Made by a program: the position numbers and the translations under genes. From contig CAVTRN010000002.1 in NCBI GenBank assembly GCA_963737155.1, positions 1,856,001 through 1,920,000 of the forward strand: a stretch of 64,000 bases of DNA, written 5' to 3'. This stretch comes from Nitrospirota bacterium. Its GTDB lineage: Bacteria > Nitrospirota > UBA9217. Below, piece after piece: positions 1-11,207 of the stretch. The notes under the pieces are model-generated. The model was given only the letters and a program-made list of their open reading frames with translations. It did no database searches and was not told the origin of the DNA. Each line of letters opens with the position of its first letter. The first letter of the stretch is position 1.

Positions 1-24
1 ATACCATCGCGGGAAGGTCTTCTT

Positions 25-1509
25 ATGAACAAAACATATGATGGCGCTTTCGCTGTGATCATGGCCGGGGGATCGGGAACGCGTTTCTGGCCGTTGTCCA
101 GGGAAAAAATGCCGAAACAGCTGTTGAAAATAGGTGGGGAGGAAACGCTCATACAAGAAACAGTGAGCCGGATCCTGCCGATTACTCGGAGAGAAAATGT
201 ATTCGTTGTAACCAACCATTCACTTGTTGATGAAATCATTACCCAGCTTGCATCGAAATTCGGGATGCCGTGGGAAGATAACATCGTACTTGAGCCTGAA
301 GCGAAAAACACCGCACCGGCGCTCGGACTCGCAGCCCTCCACCTTGAACGACTGGACAAAGAAAGCATAATGTTCGTTCTGGCTGCCGATCACTCGATAC
401 GCAAAGACGAAGAGTTTCGCGCGGTACTCGCGAAGGCAGCTGATGCAGCTCGGCTTGGGTATCTCGTTACGCTCGGCATCAAACCGTCCCGGCCTGAAAC
501 TGGTTATGGATATATCAAGGCAGGTCCTCCATGCTGCGAAAAGGGAATGCAAGAGATAATGAAAGTAGAAGCCTTTGTCGAAAAACCGGAGATCGAGACA
601 GCCAGGGGATACTTGAAGGAAGGCGGCTATTATTGGAACAGCGGGATATTTATCTGGGAAACAAAGACCCTGCTCCAGGAAATCGAAAGGCATGCTCCTG
701 CGCTTCATGCTGGCTTGCTAGAGATCCGGGAAAATATCGGTTCTAAAAAAGAAGCTGAAGTGATCAAGCGTGTTTTCAAAAAATTAGGATCTGTTTCCAT
801 CGATTATGCCGTCATGGAAAAAACAGATAAGGCCACCGTTATTCCTGCTGATATCGGGTGGTCAGATGTCGGAAGTTGGTCCGCGCTCGATGACGTTTCC
901 GAGCACGACGCATCGGGGAACGTTATCGTTGGTAACGTTATAGACCTGGAAAGCAGCGGCTCCATTATTTACGCGGAAAAACGGCTGGTCGCAACCATAG
1001 GACTTAAGGACACTGTTGTTGTTGATACACCGGACGCGACGCTCGTCTGTCGGAAAGACAGGACCCAGGACGTAAAAAAAATTGTTGAAGAACTCAAAAA
1101 ACGCAAGTCAGGGGAACACTTGATCCACCGCACGGTCAACCGTCCATGGGGGTCTTACACCATATTAGAGGAAGGTGATCGCTACAAAATCAAGCGGCTT
1201 GCCATTCATCCAGGAGCAAAACTATCGCACCAGCTGCATCATCACCGAAGCGAACACTGGGTTGTCGTTGCTGGGACTGCACGGGTTACGAACGGAGACG
1301 GGGTATACGATGTGCACGCCAATGAAAGCACCTATATCCCCATTTCGACAAAACACCGTCTTGAAAACCCCGGCAGGATTCCCCTGCAGATCATTGAAGT
1401 ACAAAATGGCGAGTATCTGGAAGAGGATGATATCGTGCGTTTCGACGATGACTACAACCGTCATGCAAAAGATCGCCCTTTTTTGCCGGCACTTGCAGAC
1501 AATAAATAA
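25..1509 (+). CDS. manC: Mannose-1-phosphate guanylyltransferase / mannose-6-phosphate isomerase
   Basis: MAGGSGTRFWPLSR nucleotidyltransferase motif; GWSDVGSW; C-terminal cupin RPWG...LHHHRSEHW. Confidence 0.95.
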   Translation: MNKTYDGAFAVIMAGGSGTRFWPLSREKMPKQLLKIGGEETLIQETVSRILPITRRENVFVVTNHSLVDEIITQLASKFGMPWEDNIVLEPEAKNTAPALGLAALHLERLDKESIMFVLAADHSIRKDEEFRAVLAKAADAARLGYLVTLGIKPSRPETGYGYIKAGPPCCEKGMQEIMKVEAFVEKPEIETARGYLKEGGYYWNSGIFIWETKTLLQEIERHAPALHAGLLEIRENIGSKKEAEVIKRVFKKLGSVSIDYAVMEKTDKATVIPADIGWSDVGSWSALDDVSEHDASGNVIVGNVIDLESSGSIIYAEKRLVATIGLKDTVVVDTPDATLVCRKDRTQDVKKIVEELKKRKSGEHLIHRTVNRPWGSYTILEEGDRYKIKRLAIHPGAKLSHQLHHHRSEHWVVVAGTARVTNGDGVYDVHANESTYIPISTKHRLENPGRIPLQIIEVQNGEYLEEDDIVRFDDDYNRHAKDRPFLPALADNK

Positions 1510-1533
1510 ACATTCCCACGGGGAGTTTCACCA

Positions 1534-2943
1534 TTGACTATGATAAATCCCGATATTTTTAGAGAATACGATATTCGCGGCATCGCAGAGCGCGATCTGA
1601 CGTCGCCCGTAGTAGAGGCGTTAGGACATGCTTTTGCTAAATATGTGAAATCCAGGGGCATCAATACTGTTACCGTTGGCTATGACGCTCGTGAGAGTTC
1701 CGAACGAATCTGCAAAGATATCGTACAGGGACTCACCGCGGAAGGAGTAAATGCTAAAATCCTCGGTCTTTGCCCGACGCCAGTACTGTATTTTTCACTT
1801 TTTCATCTAAATCCTGGAGCCGGCGTGATGATCACGGGAAGTCACAATCCCGCCGAGTTCAACGGCTTCAAGCTCTGCATCGGCAAAGATACGATTTACG
1901 GTGATGACATTCAAAAACTGAAAGAAATGATGACCACCGGATCGCCTGGTGATGGGAAGGGCATGATATCACAAAACCCCATCCTTCCCGATTATCTAAG
2001 TTGCCTCCAAAAGAAATTCACCACGGGGAGCAACATCCCCGTAAGAGTCGTTCTCGACGCCGGAAATGGCACTGCTGGCCTTGCTGCCCCTGAAATTATT
2101 CGGGCAATGGGTTGTGACGTTATAGAACTTTATTCCGAACCTGACGGCAAGTTTCCCAACCACCATCCAGATCCCACCATTCCCGGGAATCTTTCCGCCC
2201 TGATCGAGACCGTTCGCAGCAGAAAAGCAGATGTAGGCATAGCTTTTGACGGAGATGCAGACAGGATTGGTGTTGTCGATGAGCACGGATCGATTCTCTG
2301 GGGTGATCAGCTCATGGTGATATTCTCCCGCGATATTCTCAAAAATCAGCCGGGGGCGATTTTCGTATCAGAGGTCAAATGCTCTCAAACCATGTACGAT
2401 GACATCCGCAGTCACGGAGGCAACGTGGTCATGTGGAAAACGGGCCACTCCCTGATCAAGGCGAAAATGAAGGAACTCGGCGCTGCTATGGCGGGAGAGA
2501 TGAGCGGCCACCTCTTCTTCGCTGACCGCTACTTCGGCTATGATGACGCCATCTATGCCGCATGCCGGCTTGTAGAAATACTCATAAAGATGAAGTTGAA
2601 CAACGGTGGGGAGGCACATCTGAGCACGCTGCTCTCTGATCTTCCAAAAACATTCAATACCCCCGAGATCCGTATTGATTGTCCTGATGCAATCAAGTTT
2701 AAAGTTGTCGAGAAAGCAAAAGAGATTTTTACAACAGGCAATGACCTGCCCGTACGTCCCAAGGAAGTCATCACCGTCGACGGCGTACGGGCGATATTCA
2801 ACAGCGGGTGGGGGCTAATTCGTGCGTCTAACACCCAGCCTGTTCTCGTCATGCGTTTCGAAGCAAAAGATGCGGGCTCGCTTGCGAAAATCCGGGACAT
2901 GATGGAACAAATAGTAAAATCGGTAATTGCCGGCCTGATATAA
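1534..2943 (+). CDS. Phosphomannomutase/phosphoglucomutase (AlgC-like)
   Basis: IFREYDIRG start, TGSHNP phosphoserine loop, FDGDADR metal loop, RASNTQP; TTG start after GGGGAG (ATG 1540 is an alternative). Confidence 0.93.
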   Translation: MTMINPDIFREYDIRGIAERDLTSPVVEALGHAFAKYVKSRGINTVTVGYDARESSERICKDIVQGLTAEGVNAKILGLCPTPVLYFSLFHLNPGAGVMITGSHNPAEFNGFKLCIGKDTIYGDDIQKLKEMMTTGSPGDGKGMISQNPILPDYLSCLQKKFTTGSNIPVRVVLDAGNGTAGLAAPEIIRAMGCDVIELYSEPDGKFPNHHPDPTIPGNLSALIETVRSRKADVGIAFDGDADRIGVVDEHGSILWGDQLMVIFSRDILKNQPGAIFVSEVKCSQTMYDDIRSHGGNVVMWKTGHSLIKAKMKELGAAMAGEMSGHLFFADRYFGYDDAIYAACRLVEILIKMKLNNGGEAHLSTLLSDLPKTFNTPEIRIDCPDAIKFKVVEKAKEIFTTGNDLPVRPKEVITVDGVRAIFNSGWGLIRASNTQPVLVMRFEAKDAGSLAKIRDMMEQIVKSVIAGLI

Positions 2944-2969
2944 TTGCTTATGACTGAGAGGACGTGCAT

Positions 2970-3683
2970 ATGGATTCAAACGGGCCCGGTGGCTTCACGC
3001 TCACCATTGTGATCCCCTGCTATAACGAAAAAAAAACAATAGAACAAATAATAAACGCCGTAAGCCTCTCCCCAGTTGAACGAAAAGAAATTATCGTAGT
3101 GGACGATTGTTCAACAGACGGAACAGTGGATATTCTGAAACAGAAAATATCGCCCCTCGTTTCTAAGGTGATTTACCATACTCACAATCGGGGAAAGGGG
3201 GCCGCGCTCAGGACCGGTATTGAGGCAGCAACTGGTGATTTCGTAATTATTCAGGACGCCGACCTCGAATACGATCCCCAGGAGTTTTCGTTGTTGCTGG
3301 AGCCGCTGTTACAGGGCAAGGCGGATGTGGTGTACGGTTCTCGTTTCATGGGCGGAAGACCGCATCGCGTCGTTTATTACTGGCATTCACTGGGGAACTG
3401 GGTTCTTACGATCCTATCAAACATGCTTACTAATATCAACCTGACCGACATGGAAACCTGTTACAAGGTTTTCCGCCGCGAAATAATCCAATCGATTAAA
3501 ATTGAAGAGGACCGTTTCGGATTTGAACCCGAGATAACGGCAAAAGTTGCAAAAAAACACTGCCGTATTTTTGAAGTTGGTATATCTTACTATGGAAGAA
3601 CCTACTCCGAAGGTAAAAAAATCGGATGGCTGGACGGCTTCAGGGCGATCTACTGCATTCTCAAATACAATCTGTTGCGATAA
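2970..3683 (+). CDS. Glycosyltransferase family 2 (polyprenol-phosphate glycosyltransferase-like)
   Basis: [38 protein letters not shown] motifs. Confidence 0.9.
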   Translation: MDSNGPGGFTLTIVIPCYNEKKTIEQIINAVSLSPVERKEIIVVDDCSTDGTVDILKQKISPLVSKVIYHTHNRGKGAALRTGIEAATGDFVIIQDADLEYDPQEFSLLLEPLLQGKADVVYGSRFMGGRPHRVVYYWHSLGNWVLTILSNMLTNINLTDMETCYKVFRREIIQSIKIEEDRFGFEPEITAKVAKKHCRIFEVGISYYGRTYSEGKKIGWLDGFRAIYCILKYNLLR

Positions 3684-3710
3684 CAGTTTGACATAGCGGC
3701 TGGTGTTTTG

Positions 3711-3739
3711 TTGACAACCTGTGGTATATAGTATAGAAT
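3711..3739 (+). promoter_or_regulatory. Sigma70-type promoter
   Basis: TTGACA-17 nt-TAGAAT. Confidence 0.6.
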
Positions 3740-4237
3740 TTTTCTAATTGGACGCGGTAAATCGTCATTAAAGGATTTTCCGTTGGGCCGATACTTTATC
3801 AGAATACACAATGCAAAACCCCTTGACGATTTCTCCCCTTAATTTATATCTGACTAAGGAGAAAAAATGATCCTTCACAAAAAGCAAATCGGATATCGCT
3901 CCTATGCATGGCATGAAGACAATTTCCAACGTGTCTCCCTTCCGCTGGGACATTAAAGGCACACATTGCGCTAGGCGTTTACGATGACGGAAAAGGTGTT
4001 TGAGTGGGTCTAGGGCTGGCATGACAGCAGTTATTACGAAGAAAGTTTGTTGGGCGGTCTTAGATGTGGGTGCCCGAGTTTAAAGCGGCGACTCCTAAAA
4101 TGACAAAGCGAAAGATTTCCAAACGGTAAAATGCGAAAAGAAATCGAACTGCAGGAGCGACCCTACAATTGGATTCCGCCTCGTGCTCTCGGCACGGGAG
4201 CCTACTCCATAGTCTCGCGCGTCACGAGGAATGATTA

Positions 4238-4993
4238 ATGTTCTGTCCCCATTGTGGAAAAGAAGTAGCTGACGACCAGACATACTGCCAACACTGCGGT
4301 ACTCTACTTGCCGAACCGGCAACTCCCGTTTCCGCCGTAAGAAAGAGAACTGCCTGGGAGGATCGTGATAATTCCGGTTTTCTGACAGGAATACTCAGGA
4401 CCTTAAAAGAAACACTTTTTGCTCCTTCCCGATTTTTCAAACAGATGGCAGTTACCGGCGGCCTGACTGATCCGCTGCTGTATGCCATGATTGTTGGAAC
4501 GATGGGCATCACATTTTATTATTTATGGGATATTTTTCTTCATGCTTCCCTGCGAAGTTTCATGACCTCCGATCTTCTGACGGCTGCGGATCGGAACCCT
4601 ATCAGCAAAATGGGCACGGCGACCGTGGCTGTCTTGACGCCTTTTGTGCTCATCTTCTGGATGTTTATTGTGTCGGGATTGCTGCATCTGTTTCTGCTTA
4701 TAGTCCGAGGAGCGCGATCTGGCTTCGAAGCAACCTTCCGTGTCGTCAGCTACAGCATCTCACCATTCGTGTTTCTGATTATCCCTTTTTGCGGAATGTT
4801 GGTTACCTCTTTATGGATGATGATTCTTGTCATCACAGGCCTGAAAGAGGCCCACGAAATATCGCGCGGAAAAGCGACCTTTGCCGTTCTCTTTCCCTTT
4901 TTCTTCTGCTTCGGATTTTTTATCTTGGCTATTGCTTTATTTATGAGCGCCATAGCCGCATCTTTTGGCTGGATAATTAATATGTCCCATTGA
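4238..4993 (+). CDS. Zinc-ribbon + YIP1-family membrane protein
   Basis: N-terminal CPHC...CQHC ribbon; FAPSRFF motif followed by about 5 hydrophobic helices. Confidence 0.8.
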   Translation: MFCPHCGKEVADDQTYCQHCGTLLAEPATPVSAVRKRTAWEDRDNSGFLTGILRTLKETLFAPSRFFKQMAVTGGLTDPLLYAMIVGTMGITFYYLWDIFLHASLRSFMTSDLLTAADRNPISKMGTATVAVLTPFVLIFWMFIVSGLLHLFLLIVRGARSGFEATFRVVSYSISPFVFLIIPFCGMLVTSLWMMILVITGLKEAHEISRGKATFAVLFPFFFCFGFFILAIALFMSAIAASFGWIINMSH

Positions 4994-5079
4994 GGGACAA
5001 CACTTGCAATACACGGCAAAATTTAATATCGGAAAGCCAGCCAGAGAAAATACTATCTTATCAAAAGCGAAGTAGAAGA

Positions 5080-5330
5080 CCACGGGCGCCATTCGTAACG
5101 ACTTCCAAAGATAACCGGATGCTTAATATATGCCTGAACGCCAGCCGCAATCTTTATAATGCTTACTGGAGATGCCTTATCCCCCATTTCTGCAACGCCT
5201 AGATCCAAAATATGGCAGGCAGCCCGTAAAATGCATACCGTCCACAAGATAGATAATTGCATCACCATGAAAGAATCAATTCCAGCAAAGATAGCGTTTC
5301 GGCATTACTTTTAGCGGACTTTCATGGGGA
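5080..5330 (+). pseudogene. Decayed TnpB (IS200/IS605 OrfB) N-terminal remnant
   Basis: Frame-broken translation LNASRNLYNA / GDAL / SKIWQAARKM resembles the TnpB N-terminal helix pattern RxLYNAxLGEAL...SKxWQAARK; boundaries approximate. Confidence 0.45.
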
Positions 5331-5432
5331 AACAAACCTGTTCTTGAGATCACCTTGAAAAGTAGAGGCAAACAAAGGACTCAAACGCAGTATTTTTTAG
5401 CAATGCGCGTGTTAGAAGTGAAGGAGGATTCG

Positions 5433-6518
5433 ATGAGACAGAAAGGTATATTTGCGTTGACAACGACTGCAGTTCTGCTGGTTGTTTCTCTGTCCACATG
5501 TTTAATGGGATGCCGAGGGCATGGGGCAAACGGCGTGGGAGTATCACCTTTCCCAACAGTGCTGAATTCGTTGACATTTCCGACCGGTGCTAATCCGGAG
5601 GTCATTGCTATAGACACCTCGGGGAATGCATGGGTAACAAATTTCAGCAGTAACACCGTATCGGTATTAAGTTTATCTACCGGTACAGTGCTTAATACAT
5701 ACCCAACCGGCACGAATCCATCCGGCATTGCCATCGACTCGTCGGGCAATGTATGGGTAACAAATTATGGTAGCAACAATGTTACAGTGTTAAGTTCCAT
5801 CACCGGATCGCTGCTTTACACCTACCCGACCGGCACCGGGCCGCGGGGCATTCAAATTGACTCATCAGAGAATGTGTGGGTGGCAAACTACGGTGGTGGC
5901 AGCAATCCTCTTGGCAACACAGTTACACTGTTAAACTCCAGCGGAACACTGCTCGGCTCATTTCCGACCGGCACTGGGCCTTGGAACATTACCATAGACT
6001 CCTCGGGCAACGCATGGGTAACAAATTTAGGAGACAGCATTGCGCCTGGCAACTCGGTTACAGAATTAAGCTCTAGTGGGGAAGTTCTCGGCACTTTCAC
6101 GGTTGGTTCGGAACCAGGAAGTATTCAAGCAGACCCATCGGGTAATCTATGGGTGACAAACAGCGGCGATAGCACGGTTACAGAATTAAGCTCTGTTGGG
6201 ACAACCATCAACACCTTCACGGTTGGCAGTAGTCCATTTGGCGAAGCAATAGATAAAGACGGCTTTGTATGGCTAACAAGTTTAGATTTAATAGAAAACA
6301 ATAATACGACCAGCGTTCCTGGTGACACCATTTTAGTATTAAGTCCCAGTGGGGTGCCAATTAATAGCTTTAGTGTTGGAATTTATCCGAATGACATCGA
6401 AATAGACAACGCAGGTAACGTCTGGGTAGCAAATTATGGTTCTAACACCGTTACTGTTTTGAAGGATGGATCAACAACACCGGGATTTCATCCATATCAG
6501 GGTCCCGTTTGGCCGTAA
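5433..6518 (+). CDS. NHL/YncE-like beta-propeller repeat lipoprotein
   Basis: AAGGAGG RBS before ATG 5433; signal peptide ending LMG-C; about 7 repeats of GxxPxxIxIDSSGNxWVTN. Confidence 0.8.
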   Translation: MRQKGIFALTTTAVLLVVSLSTCLMGCRGHGANGVGVSPFPTVLNSLTFPTGANPEVIAIDTSGNAWVTNFSSNTVSVLSLSTGTVLNTYPTGTNPSGIAIDSSGNVWVTNYGSNNVTVLSSITGSLLYTYPTGTGPRGIQIDSSENVWVANYGGGSNPLGNTVTLLNSSGTLLGSFPTGTGPWNITIDSSGNAWVTNLGDSIAPGNSVTELSSSGEVLGTFTVGSEPGSIQADPSGNLWVTNSGDSTVTELSSVGTTINTFTVGSSPFGEAIDKDGFVWLTSLDLIENNNTTSVPGDTILVLSPSGVPINSFSVGIYPNDIEIDNAGNVWVANYGSNTVTVLKDGSTTPGFHPYQGPVWP

Positions 6519-7007
6519 TGATGTTATTACAGTTTTAGGATTATTTGCCCCAGAAGCTCAAAGGCTTCCGGGATATTAGTGTTACTCTTGTGAGACTTAA
6601 ACGAAGTTTGTGTCGTAGCTCCTTATCAATTCTCGAAATAGCCAAGTGTCCGACTCTTGAGAACTGTTAGGTTGCAGTAGGCGTACGGTGAATAACCAAT
6701 CGATACTTTGTTTTATTCTTCTTTACCTTGAAACTCTGTCTCTTCAGAGCGGGGATATAATGCTCTGGTTTGTTATCGACCGCTATAATTAATTTTTCAG
6801 AGAGGTTAATATTTGCTCATTTATTATTAAAACATCATAATGATAGTGGCTTCACCAGCTGCGCACTATATCACCGCAATGAAAAGAGACGGTCTTACGT
6901 TGCAAACGATAATATTATTTACATTTTCAAACCATTATGTTAAAATAACTATCTTTTTAAAATAGGCATGAATATCCTTTATATTTTCAGTCGTTAGGGG
7001 GCTAACC

Positions 7008-7952
7008 GTGAGCCAGGTAGTGATCGGCGTCGACCTCGGCGGTACCAACATGAGGACCGCGCTCCTGAGCTCGGATGGCGTGATCCTGGACAGGCATAAA
7101 GTGGCAACGCACGCTGTTGCGGGGTGGAAAGAGGTCGTCGCTCAACTCGTTAATAACATTGTTCAACATCAAAAAATAGCGATTGGGAAGGGCCTGACCG
7201 TTGTGGCGGCCGGTATCGGTGCGCCTGGTGTCATACAGATGGACAGAGGGATCGTGGTCAAATCTCCCAATTTCCCGGACTGGAACAATCTTCCGCTGAA
7301 AGAAGAACTTGAAAAAGCGCTCCATATGGCTGTCTTTGTCGAAAACGACGCCAATGCCGCCGCACTCGGAGAACAGTGGCTCGGTGCCGGCCGCGGCATA
7401 AATAGCATGATCCTGCTGACGCTCGGTACGGGCGTTGGCGGAGGCATCGTTCTGAACAACCAGATATGGCAGGGTGCCGACGGGATGGCTGGCGAAATCG
7501 GCCACATGACGTTGATTCCCGATGGAAGATTATGCGGCTGCGGTAACAACGGTTGTCTTGAAATGTATGCCTCGGCGCGTGGCATTGTGCAGAGTTATCG
7601 GGACGAAATCAAATCCGCTGCAATCGCCTCGTCTGGGGAGTTATCTTCTGAGCAAATCTACCAAGCAGCGCGTGACGGCGAAACGGTCGCATGTAAAGTG
7701 ATGAAGGAGATGGGACGCATGCTGGGCATCGGCATAGCGAACCTGATCAATATTTTTAATCCGCAGATGATCGTACTGGGCGGAGGAGTTAAGGATGCCT
7801 GGAAGCTTTTCATCGACGCAACTCAGGAAGAAGTTATGAGGCGGGCATTCAAGATCCCTGCCGAACGTACAAAGATTGTTCCATCCCTGCTTGGAGACGA
7901 TGCCGGGATGGTCGGTGCCGCCGCGGTTGCATTGCAAAAAATAATCGCATAA
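7008..7952 (+). CDS. glk: ROK-family sugar kinase (glucokinase)
   Basis: [31 protein letters not shown] and [10 protein letters not shown] motifs. Confidence 0.88.
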   Translation: MSQVVIGVDLGGTNMRTALLSSDGVILDRHKVATHAVAGWKEVVAQLVNNIVQHQKIAIGKGLTVVAAGIGAPGVIQMDRGIVVKSPNFPDWNNLPLKEELEKALHMAVFVENDANAAALGEQWLGAGRGINSMILLTLGTGVGGGIVLNNQIWQGADGMAGEIGHMTLIPDGRLCGCGNNGCLEMYASARGIVQSYRDEIKSAAIASSGELSSEQIYQAARDGETVACKVMKEMGRMLGIGIANLINIFNPQMIVLGGGVKDAWKLFIDATQEEVMRRAFKIPAERTKIVPSLLGDDAGMVGAAAVALQKIIA

Positions 7953-8064
7953 GTGGCCGTTGAACAGGGTCCCGGAAATATTCAAAAATACTCGTCTCAA
8001 TGACCCGAACGGAACGACTGGCAATAATCGAACATGGTTGTTCATGATAGGGCTTCAATATATT

Positions 8065-9876
8065 ATGGCCAGTACGAATATTAGAAATTTCTGTATCATA
8101 GCGCATATTGACCACGGCAAATCAACTCTTGCGGACAGGATTCTTGAGTATACCGGGGCGCTTTCGGATCGGGAAATGGCGGCGGCAGGCAGCGACCAGG
8201 TGCTTGATGACATGGACCTCGAACGCGAGCGCGGTATCACCATTAAGGCACACGCGGTACATCTCCGGTATAAGGCCGCTAACGGCGAGGATTACATCCT
8301 GAATCTGATCGACACTCCCGGGCACGTGGATTTTACCTATGAGGTTTCCCGCAGCATGGCCGCCTGTGAGGGTGCGCTTCTCGTGGTGGATGCTTCTCAG
8401 GGCGTAGAAGCGCAGACTCTCGCCAATGCTTATCTTGCCATCGACCATAATCTTGAGATGATCCCGGTAATCAATAAAATCGACCTGCCCAGCGCAAATA
8501 TCGATGAGGCAAAACGCCAGATAGAAGATATCGTCGGGCTTGACGCATCGGGCGCCATTCCGGCAAGCGCCAAGATGGGGATCGGTACAAAAGAAATCCT
8601 CGAAGCCGTGGTAAAGCACATACGAGCGCCAGCGGGGAATTCAGACGCCCCGCTTAGGGCACTCCTATTCGATTCCTGGTACGATATCTACCAGGGAGTT
8701 GTAATCCTGGTTCGCGTGGTCGATGGGACCGTGAAACCTAGGATGAAAATCAGGCTTTATTCGAATGCTGTTGAGTACGAAGTTCAGTCTGTCGGGGTCT
8801 TCACGCCCAAGATGCAACTGACAACGGAACTTTCCCAAGGCGATGTAGGATGCATTGTCGCCGGCATCAAGCGGGTTTCGGACGCCAAGATCGGCGATAC
8901 GGTCATGGACGCCAACCGGCTAGCCGACGCACCGCTTCCGGGTTATAAAGACGTGAAGCCTATGGTCTTTGCCGGCATTTATCCTGTGGACAGCGACGAC
9001 TATGCCGATCTGCGCGACGCACTTGAGAAATTGAGGTTGAATGATTCCTCGTTTAGCTATGAACCGGAAACATCGCTGGCCCTCGGCTTCGGTTTCCGAT
9101 GCGGTTTTCTCGGCCTCTTGCACATGGACATCGTCAAGGAGCGGCTTGAGCGCGAATTCAAACTCGATCTCATTCCTACGGCACCGACGGTTGTTTACCG
9201 CGTAACAAAGAACAACGGCGATATCATGATGGTGGACAACCCCGCCAAGTTACCGGCCCTTCAGGACATTCAACACATCGAGGAACCCATGATTATAGCG
9301 TCGATCATCACGCCAGAGCAATATGTGGGCGCTCTTATCGCGCTGTGTCAAGAACGCCGAGGCACACAAAGAGAGATTACCTATATCACGAAGGATCGCG
9401 TGCTCATTAGCTATGACCTACCGCTGAACGAAATCGTGATGGATTTCTACGACAGGCTGAAGTCGCTGACCAAGGGCTATGCGTCGCTTGACTATGATCT
9501 CTCGGGTTACGTGGAGTCCGACCTCGTAAAGCTCGACATGTTGTTGAACGGAGAACCGGTAGACGCGCTTTCTCTCATTACCCATCGCGATAAATCTGCA
9601 ATGCGCGGCAGGCAACTTGCTGAAAAACTCAAGGAAGTGATCCCACGTCAAATGTATGAAGTGATCATTCAGGCGGCGATTGGCGCCAAGATCATCGCCC
9701 GCGAAACGGTCAGGCCTCTCCGCAAGGATGTAACGGCCAAGTGCTACGGCGGAGACATAACACGAAAACGAAAACTGCTGGAAAAACAGAAAGAAGGCAA
9801 AAAACGCATGAAACAGGTAGGAAGCGTAGAACTCCCACAGGAAGCCTTCCTCGCCGTCCTCAAAGTAGGGGAATGA
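8065..9876 (+). CDS. lepA: Translation elongation factor 4 LepA
   Basis: [44 protein letters not shown]; start placed at ATG 8065. Confidence 0.98.
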   Translation: MASTNIRNFCIIAHIDHGKSTLADRILEYTGALSDREMAAAGSDQVLDDMDLERERGITIKAHAVHLRYKAANGEDYILNLIDTPGHVDFTYEVSRSMAACEGALLVVDASQGVEAQTLANAYLAIDHNLEMIPVINKIDLPSANIDEAKRQIEDIVGLDASGAIPASAKMGIGTKEILEAVVKHIRAPAGNSDAPLRALLFDSWYDIYQGVVILVRVVDGTVKPRMKIRLYSNAVEYEVQSVGVFTPKMQLTTELSQGDVGCIVAGIKRVSDAKIGDTVMDANRLADAPLPGYKDVKPMVFAGIYPVDSDDYADLRDALEKLRLNDSSFSYEPETSLALGFGFRCGFLGLLHMDIVKERLEREFKLDLIPTAPTVVYRVTKNNGDIMMVDNPAKLPALQDIQHIEEPMIIASIITPEQYVGALIALCQERRGTQREITYITKDRVLISYDLPLNEIVMDFYDRLKSLTKGYASLDYDLSGYVESDLVKLDMLLNGEPVDALSLITHRDKSAMRGRQLAEKLKEVIPRQMYEVIIQAAIGAKIIARETVRPLRKDVTAKCYGGDITRKRKLLEKQKEGKKRMKQVGSVELPQEAFLAVLKVGE

Positions 9877-10019
9877 CGTACGTGTAAATTCGAAGAAAAC
9901 GTTATGCCGGTTTTTTGATCGAAGGCGTAAATGCGCTGACACAGATTTTCCATGTTCGTTTTAAGAAGGCATGCTGCATTCTGCGGACTACGGCTAGAAA
10001 CAAGGGTAACGGAGGAATA

Positions 10020-10733
10020 ATGTCAACGCTTCAGACGGAAATGCATAAAAAAAAGTCAGTTTACAAGGAATGGATTGAGCCTTTTCTCATCGCGGCTGTT
10101 GTTGCCCTTTTTATCAGGCAATTCGTCGTGGAAGCGTTCAAAATCCCTTCGGGATCGATGATCCCTACGCTGCTGGTCGGCGATCATTTACTAGTAAATA
10201 AATTCATCTACGGGCCTCGGATTCCCTTTTCCGACACCAGACTTTTTACTTGGGAACAGCCGAAGCGGGGAGATATTATCGTCTTTAAGTATCCCGAGAA
10301 CGAATCAAAGGATTTTATCAAGCGTGTAATCGGACTGCCAGGCGATAAGATAGAAATCAAGGACGGCGTGCTTTTTATCAACGACCAGATGGTGAAGGTC
10401 AAGGACCTGAGCCCTTACAATGACAAGGAAGGCGATCAGGAAACGAATACATCCTATTACCAAAAGCCAGAACTGCTCCAGGAACAACTGGGCGCTGTCA
10501 GTCATCAAATTCTGTACCTTCACGACCAGTCTGGATATAATTTTGGTCCAATCCTGGTGCCTAAGGATTCCTATTTCGTGATGGGCGACAACAGAGATAA
10601 CAGTATGGACAGCCGGGTCTGGGGTTTTGTCAGTGAGAACAAAATCCTTGGGAAGGCACTGATCATTTACTGGTCTTGGGACGGGAATGACCACTGGGTG
10701 CGCTGGGATCGAATCGGGTCTCTCATTAAATAG
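10020..10733 (+). CDS. lepB: Signal peptidase I
   Basis: IPSGSMIPTL (Ser), FIKRVIGLPGD (Lys), GDNRDNSMDSR; GGAGG before ATG 10020. Confidence 0.96.
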   Translation: MSTLQTEMHKKKSVYKEWIEPFLIAAVVALFIRQFVVEAFKIPSGSMIPTLLVGDHLLVNKFIYGPRIPFSDTRLFTWEQPKRGDIIVFKYPENESKDFIKRVIGLPGDKIEIKDGVLFINDQMVKVKDLSPYNDKEGDQETNTSYYQKPELLQEQLGAVSHQILYLHDQSGYNFGPILVPKDSYFVMGDNRDNSMDSRVWGFVSENKILGKALIIYWSWDGNDHWVRWDRIGSLIK

Positions 10734-10749
10734 ATGAGCGGAGAGTTGA

Positions 10750-11136
10750 ATGATAATTCTTCGGAGCGAAAAAGGGCTGGGCACAATCAAGCTATGGATC
10801 TGGCTGCTGATCCTCTCACTTGTTGCTTACATGGGCTTCAAACTGCTGCCCATGTACATCGATTTTGAGCGCATGAAGGATGAAATGGATGTAAAGGCCA
10901 GCCTGGCGCGGGTGCTGAAAGACGATGAAATACGGTCGGCCCTTGCCGACAAGGCAAAAGAGCTGGAACTTCCCCTTGAAGGCGAGGATTTTATTATCAT
11001 GCGTGATGATGAAAACCACCGTATGACGATAAAAGCTGGTTGGGATGTTGAAGTCAATTTTCCTTTTAATATTTATATCAGAAAATTTCATTTTGAACCT
11101 GTAGTGAGCGAGGATACACTTCGTGTTCGAATGTAG
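10750..11136 (+). CDS. DUF4845-like pilin-type small membrane protein
   Basis: Prepilin-like EKGLGT then a TM helix; usual position after lepB. Confidence 0.65.
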   Translation: MIILRSEKGLGTIKLWIWLLILSLVAYMGFKLLPMYIDFERMKDEMDVKASLARVLKDDEIRSALADKAKELELPLEGEDFIIMRDDENHRMTIKAGWDVEVNFPFNIYIRKFHFEPVVSEDTLRVRM

Positions 11137-11150
11137 AATTTCTCTTTAAA

Positions 11151-11179
11151 TTGACAAAACGAATGCAGCAGGTTAAACT
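11151..11179 (+). promoter_or_regulatory. Sigma70-type promoter for the yicC operon
   Basis: TTGACA-17 nt-TAAACT just upstream of yicC. Confidence 0.6.
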
Positions 11180-11207
11180 TGAACCTTGAGAAAAGGGTGG
11201 TGAAGCA

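Noticed and set aside
5600-6450. Recurring DNA repeats such as CGGTTACAGAATTAAGCTCT
   Set aside because: They are in-frame codons of the beta-propeller protein repeats, not a non-coding array
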